Assembly: GCF_032191835.1 (NCBI RefSeq) | Contig: NC_083243.1 | Span: forward strand, 182,342,001-182,406,000 | Origin: Heteronotia binoei | Taxonomy: Eukaryota | Direction of reading: 5' to 3' | DNA length: 64,000 bases | Shown: positions 11,646-23,990 of the stretch, piece by piece | Numbering within the stretch: the first letter of the stretch is position 1 | How the letters are laid out: the number at the start of each line of letters is the position of its first letter | Made by a program: the position numbers and the translations under genes | The notes under the pieces: generated by a model | What the model saw: only the letters and a program-made list of their open reading frames with translations | The model's database searches: none | Told to the model about the DNA's origin: nothing

Positions 11646-13034
11646 CACCATATAGGACTATTACAAAATAATGGCTGATTTTATTCTACGCATGATTCAA
11701 AATGTGTTCATCTAATTATGCTATGCATTCATGAAATGCCTTCACGAAATTGACAGAAAGAATTGTGTTGTAAATCCCATTTTTATAGCCCTAAGTAGTT
11801 GATTTCCATGAGAATTCCTATGTGCCTATTTGAATTTCAAATGGTTTATAGTTTGTGCCACAATTCTTCCAGTGTAGCAAAAACTGTGCACGTCAAAGGG
11901 ACTGGAAGATGTTTTTGCATATCTGTTTTGCTTATCACATGGGATTATGGGTTTTATATTCTTCAGGCTATAATAAGCAATTAATCACTCTGTTCCTCTC
12001 ACAAGAATTATAATTGTCTGACGTGAAAAGGTGAAAATATAATGAAAGACAATTTGGCACAAAAATGTCAAAAGGCCATGAGAATGTTGCTATTACAAAA
12101 CATTGCATTCATTCATTGAAACATAATTGTTACAAATTTTTTAATAATCTTATCAGTAAAACGACAGAAATCTGGATTGATCTGATGGTTATGGAATCTG
12201 GCATATATGTGGTTAACGTGACAATTTTAGGTTTACTTAACTGTATGATAGGTGTTATTAGAAATTCCTGTTTTAACTTTTTATTCACTTTCAAATTTGA
12301 ATATTTTGACTGCAACATATGAATTCTGTGAATATGGTTATTTATGTTGTATACCAATGCATGTTTTGACAATTGTTACATCCTGACTGAGCTTAAGACC
12401 TTTGGTCATAGAAGCTAATAAATGAAATGGAATAATTCAAAGATAGATTTAGCGAAACCATAATAATTAGAATGAAAACACAAATTGCGATACTCTTTGG
12501 AATAATAACATGAGTTGTTTCATCAGACTCTGATTCTATCAGATCCTCAAAATTGTAGATAAAATCCAGTGTTCCCCACATTATATCCATCTCTGAATGT
12601 TTGAAGAAAATTGGCACAAAAACATCACTATATTTCTCTAAGCTCTTTACTACAGTTTCTGCTGATCTCTTGTTTATTTATTAGAAAATTTATACTCTAC
12701 TTTTCCATTTAAATAAACACTCAAGGACACTTACAGTATTAAAATGCATACAAAACCATATCTTATAACCAACCAGCAGCACAGTTTAACATGTATTAGC
12801 ATATATAGCTATTAGGAATGGGCACAAACTAAGACATGAACCACCATTTGAGCTTAATCCAGCAAAGATGGAGGTCCTGTTTCTGAGCCAGAGTCAGGTT
12901 GAGTCAGATATCAGATTTCCAACCTTGGATGGTACATCACTTGTGCCAGCCCAAAAAGGTGAAGAGCCTGGGGGTGATCCTGAATGCCTCATTTTCAATG
13001 TAGGCCCAGGTCACCACAGTTGCCTGGTCAGCAT

Positions 13035-14192
13035 TAGGGTTGCCAGCCTCCAGGTGGGACCTGAAGATCTCCTGCTTTTCCAACTGATCTCCAGCTGGCA
13101 GAAATCAGCTCCTCTGGAGAAAATAATTAAAGCCAAAAATCAGGGGAGGGACGGTGGCTCAGTGGTAGAGCATCTGCTTGGGAAGCAGAAGGTCCCAGGT
13201 TCAATCCCTGGCATCTCCAAAAAAGGGTCCAGGCAACTAGGTGTGAAAAACCTCAGCTTGAGACCCTGGAGAGCCTCTGCCAGTCTGAGAAGACAATACT
13301 GACTTTGATGGACCAAAGGTCTGATTCAGTATAAGGCAGCTTCATATGTTCATATGTTCATCACCGGAATAGCATATCTGTTTTGCTTATCACATGGGAT
13401 TATGGGTTTTATATTCTTCAGGCTATAATAAGCAATTAATCACTCTGTTCCTCTCACAATAATACTTTACACAATGAGTGTATATGCAACCTACATTCAT
13501 CAAAATTGTGTTCCTCTCACAATAATACTTTACACAATGAGTGTATATGCAACCTACATTCATCAAAATGTATGTGTAGCAATAATCATCATTAGTAACT
13601 TGTTAACCACTCATAGTACTTAGTTCAACAAACGCTCATAATACATGAATAAACCAATGCAGTTGGGAAAAAAGTTCCATTCACTCCCCCACACTGCCTG
13701 CTGTAAAAAGATTAAAAAAAAATACAGTTCCTTAGAGGCAGATGCCTTCCTGCTGTTCCAACTTGGGTTCAAACTTGCATTCAGCAACTTGGGTGGAGTT
13801 CAGATTTCCAGCTTGTCTCTGAGAGAGTAAGGGACCGCCAGCCTGCGGTTCCTCATGGTTTCTGTCCTTCATCAGCCTTTTACTCTCAATATTTTATCCT
13901 GGAGCCTCAGTACCACATTTAACAACTTGGATCAATGCATGTTAATTGCGCTTTCTCTTTCTGGCAATTAACATGCGTTGATCCAAGTTGTTGATTGTTG
14001 GCTTTAATTATTCACTTACATCGGAACCTGCTGATATCTACCCCTGGAGAAAATGGCTGCTTTAAAAGGCGGATTCTATGGTATTGTACTATGCAGAGCC
14101 CCGCCTCCCCAAACTTCATTCTCTCCCAGATTCCCCCCCCCCAAAAAAAAAAAAATCTCCAGGTATTTTCCAACACTGACCTGGTAACCCTA
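13035..14192. mobile_element. hAT element carrying ~900 bp of internal cargo
   Basis: TIRs tagggttgccag / ctggtaacccta. Exact 8-bp TSD GTCAGCAT at 13027-13034 and 14193-14200. Confidence 0.85.
13143..13360 (+). mobile_element. tRNA-derived SINE (same family as 5172-5391)
   Basis: A and B boxes plus (catatgtt)n tail. Nearly identical to the 5.2-kb copy. Confidence 0.9.
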
Positions 14193-14815
14193 GTCAGCAT
14201 TTTGTCATCCTCAGCAGATCAGTCAACTAGTACCCTACCTCTCCTCCCAGGACTTGGCTACTTGAAAATGAGGCATTCAGGATCACCCCCAGGACCCATG
14301 CAATGGTCAGTTCCAGACCTGATTACTGTAACTCACATTGGATTAGGTGGTGGATGTTCAGTTAAACTGGCCTCCCTTGCTGAAGTTCTCCATTTATAGG
14401 CGGCCCAGATGGAAAAGATCTTTAATGACCCAATCATCAGAATAGCAATAATGACCCAATCACCAGAATAGCAATAACACTTTACACAATGAGTTTACAC
14501 AATGGATCTAGCTTTTGTGTCTACTGTATTTATCAACAGCTGCCTATTTTAAATTTATGCTGTTTTTAATTGTTTCAATTGTAATATTATTGTGCTTAAA
14601 TTATTGTACACGGTTGTGATCTGCCCTGTGCCTGCTTATGGGGAAAGCAGAATAGAAATTCACAGAAATACATAAATAAATAAAATATTTTGTCCAACAC
14701 AGATGAACTCAACGTTCTCTCCTATTCTTACCATCTTCTGTAGTAGTACTTTGAAAGTTTTTATTAATTCTGTTTTCCTTTCTTAATGTTAACATTTTAA
14801 AATATTAAGTAGAAT

Positions 14816-14951
14816 NNNNNNNNNNNNNNNNNNNNNNNNNNNNNNNNNNNNNNNNNNNNNNNNNNNNNNNNNNNNNNNNNNNNNNNNNNNNNNNNNNNNN
14901 NNNNNNNNNNNNNNNNNNNNNNNNNNNNNNNNNNNNNNNNNNNNNNNNNNN
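14816..14951. other. Assembly gap (N run)
   Basis: Run of n characters. Confidence 1.
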
Positions 14952-15884
14952 AATGTGTCAGTAGGGATTCCTCAGAAAATTGCTAAAGGGTTTGAACAGG
15001 GTTGGGAAACATGAATAATAACTTAGATGAGAAATGAGTGTTTGGACTTTACAGGTGTGTATTTGGACTGCATGCCACACCATTCCAGTTCCACTCAGCA
15101 ACATATGTACATAATTGCAGGCTGCCAGCATAATTCCTTCTGCTAAAAACTAATAAGGCATTCTTTCAAGAATATTTGAACATTCTTGAATGGGGGGGGG
15201 GGTTCTTCCAATATTGTAATGTATTGAATGATGGTATAAGTTCTTAGGAATACAAACTATGTATTAAAATACTACTATGATGTAAGACCATTTAGGATTC
15301 GTGCTCTATAAGGGCATGTTCACTTGAGATGCTTAAAAATTCATTTGAGCTTCTCTTGTCCTATTCTGTCACATGTGAATGTTCTAAATGTGGCAAAAAA
15401 TGCTGAAACTGTCTGAGCATCCTTTCTAGCCAATATTGAATTGGATCCAGCTGAAAATTTCTATTGCCCCCCCAGGCGGAATAACGAGACACACACAGGA
15501 TTGGATTGAAGGGCCACTTTATTAAACTCAACGGCAAGGGCAAACATGGGGAACAGGTCAAGCCAGGGGTGTGGGAACTCTCAGGAGGTGTGGGAACTCT
15601 CAGGAGGGAATGGAAGAAGAAACACGTGGGTGTCCTTCGTGAACTTTTAAACATTTTTTTGAGAATTTTGTTTCCACAAAGAGGTTCCAGAACTCTGTTC
15701 TGCCGTGTTCCCTTAGTAAAAAAGCCCTGGCTATTATGTAAGCAGAAACACAAGTAAAAGACTGCAATGTTGCTTGCACTAAGTCCAATTCATTGTCCCC
15801 CTACTTGTGTAAGACCTTATGGAAACAATCTGGGGCACTTTAATAGGCAGGAAAGTGCTAGCTGTTGCACATGATTTTGCACAA

Positions 15885-15890
<6 letters not shown>

Positions 15891-15962
<72 letters not shown>
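15891..15962. repeat. (TA)n microsatellite
   Basis: About 35 TA units. Confidence 0.98.
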
Positions 15963-15967
<5 letters not shown>

Positions 15968-17561
15968 GTAAATGGCCTATAACCAGTGCCTGTAGCAGTT
16001 AGAGTATTGGGCTAGGAGATGGAAGATCAAAATTCATTTTAACACCCCCTCTCCCAACAAGAAGCTAGCTGAGTGACCTTGGGACAGTCAGACTTTTTTC
16101 ATTCTAACCTTGTTTATGGGATTGATTATGATAAAATAAGGGGGGGGGACCCTCACCACTAAGAATATAGAAGAATTTCACGGTTTCACTAGTTCAGTTG
16201 TAATTTTGATGGTCTGAGTAGGTTCTTTAACCTGAGGGATGAAATTGTGGCTGCCAATTAAATTGAGGAATGAAATTGCAGCTGCCAAACATATATGATT
16301 AGAAAGAAAAAAATAGACATCAGCACTGATGACTGTTGCTCAGGTCTTGGGGATTAAGCCATTTGTCTCCCATAGATCACACCTCTACTCTCTGCTCATT
16401 GTTTTGTTGTGTTGATTGCTCAGAATGATCATGTCTCCTGAGTTGTAAATTAGGACAAAAGAAAAGCTCAGGGCTACAGGATTGATTCACAATCTGGAAG
16501 GTTTTTTTTTTTTTTTTCGAAGAACACGCTTTGCAGTCATCTTAGAAGTTTCTATCCTCTATACGATTTGGTTTGCCTGCAAACTGTGCTACCTTGCTGC
16601 TTCACCTGAATCTTCTATTATTTCTGTTGCTTGTCCAGACATCCACATTTGATTTATTTGATTTATAACCTGCTCTCTCCCATGAGTGGACTCAGGATGG
16701 CTTACATCAGGAACCCATCAAAACAACAACAAAAAAGAAAAATAATAATAAAACAATGGATGGCACAGTAAAACAGTAACAAAAACCTATGCCTCATGTC
16801 AGACAGAGATAAGTACCCTACGGAATTCCAGTGCCCAATTCATATCCAGTGAGGCACTGGAGAAGGTGTCATGAACAGGGGAGGCCAGAATAATTGAATG
16901 TGCACCTCCTCAACTAAAAACGTGGTGGAACAGCTGCATTTTACAGTAAAACAGTAACAAAAACCTATGCCTCATGTCAGACAGAGATAAGTACCCTACG
17001 GAATTCCAGTGCCCAATTCATATCCAGTGAGGCACTGGGGAAGGTGTCATGAACAGGGGAGGCCAGAATAATTGAATGTCCACCTCCTCAACTAAAAACC
17101 TGGTGGAACAGCTGCATTTTACAGGCCCTTTGAAACTATAATAAGTCCCACAGGATCTCGATCTTGAGTGGGAGCATGTTCTAACAGATTGGAGCAAGGG
17201 CCAAAAAAAAGCCCTTGCCCAGGTTGAGGCTAAGCAGAAGGTGCTGGTCGGCGAAGTGTAAAGTTCCCTGGGGCTCATATGGGAGAGGCAGTCCTGCAGG
17301 TATGATGGTCCCAGGCTGCATAGGGCTTTATATGACAAGACCATGACCTTGACCCAGATCCAGTATTTGATCAGCAGCCAGTGCAGTTGGCACAACACTG
17401 GCTGAATGCATGGCTGCAGAGGCATCGCCATTAGCAGGTGTGCTGCCACATTCTGCAGTAGTTGCAATTTTCGGATCAGGCTCAAGGGTAGCCCTGCATA
17501 GAGTGAGTTACAGCAATCCAGCCTGGAAGTGACCATTGTGCGGATCACTGCAGTTTAGATC

Positions 17562-17897
17562 AGTTCCACAGGGCCCTGCAAGACCACCCTCTTTAAACTG
17601 GCGCTCATCAACGACTGAACTATAGGTGTATAATAAAGGAAACGCCAAAATGGTCCAGTTTAGGGATCTGCCATCATTATACCATCTGACAGACATAGCG
17701 TCAAACAATAATGTTTACTGCCAGATTTAGTATTGTTAGATTTAGAAATGTTTTAATTAATTATTGATTGGTTTTAATGTTAATTTAATGTCTTATTGTT
17801 GTATTGTTTACTTTTAGATGCTGTTAGCCGCCCTGAGCCTGCTTTGGAGGGGGAGGGCGGGATACAAATAAAATTTTACCTTACCTTATCTTACCTT
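17562..17897 (+). mobile_element. L2 3'-terminal fragment with (ACCTT)n tail
   Basis: cagttccacagggccctgcaagaccaccctc...gttagccgccctgagcc...tacaaataaaattttaccttacc. Homologous to 35395-36000. Confidence 0.8.
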
Positions 17898-17932
17898 TCC
17901 TGGGGGGTGAGATAAAGAACCAGTTGCCTGAC

Positions 17933-20454
17933 GGGGGACTTCCGGTTTGGTTTCATGGAGGACTGACGTGCTTCTCACAGAGGAGCAGACCGGTGCCTCT
18001 GTTCTGGGCAGAGAAGGTGACCTAAACACCTGCTGCCTACATCTTCTAGGTAAGGAGATGGCCAAGACATGCTCAGGAAATTCTGAGGGGATTTACTTTG
18101 GCTGACGAGGAATCCCAGTGGGGTTCCTTTTTGGCTTTGAAGAGTCCCCGGAGAAGAATTGCATAACAATGTCTACAGAGGGCATCTGGTTCATTTGACT
18201 TAAATTCATCATGAGCCAAAGCTTCTTTGGGACTAATTAATATCTGATTGGGAAGAGAACCGTGCTCAAAGGATCATAACTTTTAAAGGTAAAGATTTTT
18301 ATCTATCACTAAAATAAGACTTATTTGGAGAAAAAAACAAAGGTCTGGATATATCTATATTAGGCTAAAGTAAAGAAGAAGAAGGAGGGGGTAAATTTGG
18401 GACTAAGAAATTTAGCAAACAAGGCTAAAATAGAAGAAAACAAAAGTTGTTTTGCATACTTGCGGTCGGACAACCCCTTCAGAAACAAAACAGAACTGCA
18501 GATCAACAGGACGTAACAGGAAGTGGCGTCATAGAAGTATCGCAAGACTTCTTAACTATAGAAAACGAGGCTTTGTGGCAAGAAAGGAAGGAAGTGGCCA
18601 TTAAGAGAAGGGAAAATTCTTGGACTCCTGGCTTTCTCTAGGACTACAATCATAGAGAAACATCGGCGGCCATTGAAAAAAGGTCAAAAATTTAAAAAAA
18701 TTTTAAAAATACAATGGGACATTAAAATTTAGCAGAGCCAGCAAATATTTCAATTAGAGGATTGGATTTATTGGATTATATGATTGGAACCAAGTTTGGA
18801 GCATTCTAGAAGAAAAAGATTTTTTTTTATATAAAAAGGGGGGGGGCAGAAAAGCCACGGATGCCATTTTGAAGGAAATTAAATCTTTAAAAATTAATAT
18901 CTTGACTCTCGGGCTTCTGGGAATGGCAATTTTGGGCTCATCTGAAAGGGCATGCTGCATTCTACAAGACTGTACCATTGAAAAGTGAATTGGTGAGGTC
19001 AACTTAAAAGCCTATATTTACAATGGGAAGGCAGTGATGTCCACCCACAAGCCAGGAGCAAAGCAGATTGTGACAAGAGCTAAGACACTGGAAGAAGTAA
19101 AGAGGTCCAAAACGCAAGAGCAAATGGATGCCATGGAGGCAAGACTGGTTAAAAAAATCTATAGCTGAATGTAAGAAAGAATTTAAAAAAAGATATAGAA
19201 GTTCTCTGTAAAGACTTCCAAGCCGTGTCAAAAAAAAAAAAATGCAGGAAGTTGAAGAAAAAGTAAAAGACCATGATGTTAATATTAATACAGTGGATTC
19301 CACAATTTAAAAAATGCAGGAGAAAGCAGTACTACAAGACTGCAAGTTAATGGAAAATCAGATACATTTGAGAGGGGTGCCTGAGTCTGATGAGACTGAT
19401 TTAAGGACATATATAATAAAAATCATTGCTGAATTCTTGGGAGATGACCCTGATGAAACCAGTTTTTTTATGACTACATTTACAGGGTCAACTCAGACTA
19501 TGCAAAGAGAAATAAGCTACCAAGGGATGTGGTTGTGAGATTTGTGACAAGAGACTTGGTGGGTAGGATCGTAAGCAAACAATATGAGCGCAAACTGGAG
19601 GTGGATGGTAGCAGTTTAAGAATTATGAAAGAATTGCCAAGGAAAGTTATAAATGACAGATATGACACCTTTAAAACTGTCAAAAATGAACAATCAGGTG
19701 TCAGATAGGTGTTGGAAATGTAAAAAACATGAAGGATCTTTCTACCATATGTGGTGGACTTGTGAAATGGCAAAACAATTTTGGCAAAAGATTCAGCAAG
19801 AGATTTCAAATATTTTGGGTGATAACATCAAGAAGGCACCAGAATTTTTTTTTGTTGGGATTACAAATGGAAACATTTCCGAAACAAGATAGAACGACAA
19901 TTTGGTACATGCTTTCAGCTGCAAGGACATTATATGTGCAGATGTTGAAGCAAGATAAAATACAAGAAAAGTGGGACTGGATTATTAAAGTTATGCACTG
20001 GAGTGAAATGGACAAGCTTACAAGAATCTTAAAAGACCTTGATTTAGAGAAATTCAAAACTGAGTGGGGTAAATTTCAAAAATACATTGAAAAACAATGG
20101 AAAGTTAAAGGACATTTGGTGATTTTTGATAATAGTTGAAGTTAGAGGAATAGGAAATGGACTACAGTTAAATAATGAAACTATTAAATAAGCTTTTTTT
20201 CAACCTAGTTTGATAAGGATTATAGTTAAAAGAAATAGTTATTCTGCTACAGGTATATTGTAATTTTTTTAATGAAGATTCTCAATTTGAAAATTACCTT
20301 TTAGTTTGTTTTGTAATTTTTAAAATGCACAGGTGGAAGTCACGAAAAGGGGGGGAGGGAGGTGGAAAATGTGATGCATTGGTATGAAGTTTTTATTAAA
20401 AGACAAATATTATTGTCACAATATGTTGTAGAATAATAAAATTTGTTTGTACAC
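17933..20454 (+). mobile_element. L1 LINE with both termini and a large internal deletion
   Basis: 5' end gggggacttccgg. ORF1 remnant (ENQIHLRGVPE) joins at ~19650 to the ORF2 C-terminus (MTPLKLSKM..RCWKC..GSFYHMWWTC). 18-bp TSD aagaaccagttgcctgac (17915-17932) / aagagccagttgcctgac (20455-20472). Confidence 0.88.
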
Positions 20455-22195
20455 AAGAGCCAGTTGCCTGACTATCCAAAAATTACAACAGGCCAATCTG
20501 GCAACCAAAGTATCCTGGGCCTCCATGGAGAGGGAGGTATCCAGCATCACCCTGAGAGTCTTTACCTTTGACGCTGACACAAATAGTATCCCTCCAAAGA
20601 CCAGGAGCCTGATTCCTGACCCCAGTCCCACATGACTCTGGTTCAGGACCTCCATCCTCATTGGATTCAACTTCAGCTGGCTCTGCTAGAACCATCCAGC
20701 TATGGCCCTCCGAGCCCTATCCAAAATATCTGAGGCAGAGTCCATCAACAGATAGAGCTGGGTGTCACCAGCATATTGATGACATTCCAGCCCAATCACC
20801 CAATCAATTGGGTGAGGAGGTGCATATAGATGTTAAAAAACATCAGAGAGAGGATCAGGGTGGGGGGGACTGATGACGCAAAATAATGTGCTTGTATCTA
20901 CTCAATGGGTATACATTAGTAAAGATCTCTAGACTAGAAGAATGGAAAGGATACTGCAACGCGTCTGAAGGAATGCATTTCACAGTAAGTTTTGATTTTA
21001 AAAAGTTTTAACTATTAATTATGCAAAAATGACTGTAATAAACACAGCAGGAGACATTACAGTCAACTGCAGAAGTTGTGTATACTAAAAATGACAGCTG
21101 TAAAATAGGCATAAAACAAGCATAAAACAATTGGCTAAAATTCAGCAGAACAGCTGAACTGAGATTGGGGGGGAAATACTTGAGGGATGGGGAAAATTTC
21201 AGCTTCTTGAACATTCACTCCCACCCAGAATAGGAACAAACAAAATCAAAGAGAGAAAAAAATGCACAGCATATTGATACATACCCAGCTAGACTTCAAT
21301 ATAGCTGGGTTATGTATACAATCAAGACTGGCATATACATTTGCAAGCACCAACTTGTGGTAGAGAGTGCTTGAACGTAGAGGGTGCAAAGTTTGAAGGC
21401 TGAATACTTTACCAAAAAAAAAGCGCTTGTTATCGGCTGGAACCTGAAAAGTAATCAGATATGCACAATGCTGCAGAGTCAAACTGGTTCACATCTCATT
21501 GCCTACAAAGAATCTAACATTGTCAACCTTTTGTAATGTCCCCTACATTTTCACAGACTCAGAAACACATGTAATATCTAATAGTATTTTTATTTTTTGC
21601 TTAGAATGGGTATTTTTGCACTGGGCTGACTATTTACAGCTAGTTCTCAACGCTGCAGTTGAGTGCACTCACTCAATCCAACCTGAAGTCAACATATATG
21701 CGATGGCAGTGTTTGGCTTTGTTGACCTTTCAAACCTGTGACAGCACAGCTATTTATCATCATGGGTATATTAAATTTTAAAAGCCCAGCATAGACTCAA
21801 AAAGGTTGTGTAAAGGAATCTTCATCTTAAATCCAAAAGGTTCAATGTAATAAATGTGTAAATCAGGCTGCCCTGGTCTCTTATTTTCCAGAAAGCATAC
21901 ATGTATAATAAGATTCTGTACTGAACTTTAATTGGGCATCATGAAAAGAATCAGCCAAGCATATCCAAACCAGAGAAGCCTTCAGAAATTAAATCAAAAC
22001 CTAGAGCTCATCTGAGTAATGCTCTTAGATACATGAGGATAACAACTTTAAAGTGGGCAAATTTTGCAACATGAGGATCATTACCTTAGGGAGGATGATA
22101 TTTTTGCTGTGTCTCAGAACTGTTCTTTAAAAGGCAGTCACATAAACCACTGCTCTAGAAATAAGTGCTTTTAATGGTACAAAATAAAGGCTCAA

Positions 22196-22907
22196 GGGCG
22201 CGTTCAGACTTACCATTAGTGGCAACACAGCTCTGTCTTGCTGATGGGTTAAATATGTTCGTCCAGACATCCACATCTAGCAACCGAGCGTCATCCAGGC
22301 TTACCCTGAATCAATGCTGTGCTAATTTGATAGCACAGAAAGTCCGGCCCTTTTTCACAGAAGTGGCACATATTTTGGACAGCTCATACGCGATACTGCC
22401 CCTTGGATGTTTAGCACCCGCCATCCACCCCTCCCACCTTTCTTTTTTAAAAAAAGCTCCGGCAGACATGCACATGGTCAGATCATCCGGGAATCTGAGG
22501 TGACGCTTCTGCTTCTCCGATCAACGCAGGATCGGGGGGGGGGGGGCAGCATTGTCCCACTATTCAGAACAGGGGGGGATCTTTTTTTCCATGTGGAGGA
22601 TTTTCAGATATCATTGTCACTGTCAATTTCCAGGAAAGTAGTTCCTGGCAGTCCCCTGGTTTGAATTGACAACATTAATTCCCGGAACTTCCCCCCTTCC
22701 CACTGCCTCTGAATCAACAGTTGATTTCCCACCTCTTAACAGTTGGGCACATGTTCAATGAAACACTCCCCCCCCCCCCCCAGGAATAACCATCTGATCG
22801 CAAACACTCCAAGAAAAGAGCGTGATAGCATTGGATGTCTGATCGTTCAACAACAGGATGAGTCACATTCTTGAATGCTCGTCTGATTGGCCTCACATCG
22901 AATCAAT
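22196..22907 (+). mobile_element. ~700-bp interspersed repeat, copy 1 (possible non-autonomous Harbinger-like element)
   Basis: Colinear homolog at 46863-47555. Imperfect terminal inverted motif gggcgcgttcagac / gtctgattggcc. Shared sequence runs ~14 bp beyond that motif, so the class is uncertain. Confidence 0.6.
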
Positions 22908-23819
22908 ATTCAGCAGTTCAAATTTGAGTGCTACATGCCCGCTTTTAATGTGACAGGTGACTGCACGCCTACAGTACAATACCTGGACAAGGTATGATAG
23001 TACACTGGTCCATGACATCATTCCCAGAAAGCTTTATTCATGGTGCTTCTCATGAAGTATTGAAACCTCTAAAGAAAATTATGTACACTCAGAGAGTCCT
23101 TGGAAGTGTGGATGTAAAATGTGGGGCAGAACTAGGTAGAGATCTAAACAAAAGTTGGAGCCTATGTCCATGCATGGAAAGAAAGTATGATCAAGTCAAC
23201 AGTTTCAGAGATAATGTGCAAGTGTGCCTCGTGGTTACAATGGCGTGACATTAGTGAAGACTCTGAACCCTACAACCTGTGAATGAAGTTGAGTTCACAG
23301 AAGGATTTTTTCTTGCCACTGGAGACCCTTTAGCACTCCTCAGTAGTCATTCATGAGCACTGGTGGGCCTTTGGGGTTGCATGGGACATGGCACAAGAGT
23401 CCACAGCTGAAGGTGAAACTTTCTCCCCTTGTACAAATTCTTGCTCTGCTCTGTCTGTCTAAGTGTTCACACTAGAGTGTTTCAACAGTATGCCCTCATT
23501 CTTAATGGCACAACCTTTTTATAGCACCCTTGCATAAACACTGTGAAAATTTACCAGATTATTATAAGGATCTGGGGTGGGGGGATGGAAAGAAAGGAAT
23601 TTAACAAGCCAGTCAAACCCATCATGCAAGTGAGACACGAGCCATCACAGATTCGCACGGCTTCTTTACTGTTCATTCATAACAAATAAAGCACCTCCTG
23701 ACATTTTATAAACTTTAGGAGGATTTTGCCTCAGAAGAGGTGACTCAGATGAAGTGCTAGATATTTAGACAGACCCAGTAAAAATTCATCCAGTTCTTGT
23801 ATTATATGCTCTGTCCCTA

Positions 23820-23990
23820 ATAACAGAGCAAGAGGTCACTCAAAGTTAATGGCAGGCACATTTAAAACAAATGAAATGAAATACTTTCTTCATCGAGCAT
23901 GTATTCACACTGTGGAGAAAGTCAAGGTGTCAAATACTATACCTGCATTTTAAGATGCTGGGTAATTTATGACAATCTGTAACATTGATA
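23820..23990 (+). mobile_element. Ancient CR1 3' fragment
   Basis: agaggtcactcaaagttaatggcaggcacatttaaaacaaatgaaatgaaatactttctt resembles the CR1 RGHSLKL..KTDKRKYFF region. Confidence 0.55.

Larger units (their letters stand above)
12830..14340 (+). mobile_element. L2 LINE fragment split by a hAT insertion
   Basis: LNPAKMEVLFLS before 13035. After 14200 it resumes with an RQLVPYLSSQDLAT / HAMVSSRPDYCNS-like sequence. Confidence 0.75.
16650..20870 (-). mobile_element. L2 LINE 3' portion interrupted by two younger insertions
   Basis: The minus strand reads CHQYAGDTQLY (~20770) and ARLACCNFWIVRQL (20472). It resumes VRQLVLYLTPQ (17932-17898), then IRTMVTSRLDCCNSLYAGLP (<17561). Confidence 0.85.

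Noticed and set aside
12393-12617. GPCR (V2R or adhesion-type) exon suggested by the hydrophobic stretch
   Set aside because: There is no consistent motif alignment; AT-rich DNA yields I/F/L-rich frames by chance.
15473-15625. Possible LTR fragment (minus-strand AATAAA, 19-bp tandem repeat)
   Set aside because: No second terminus or TSD could be defined.
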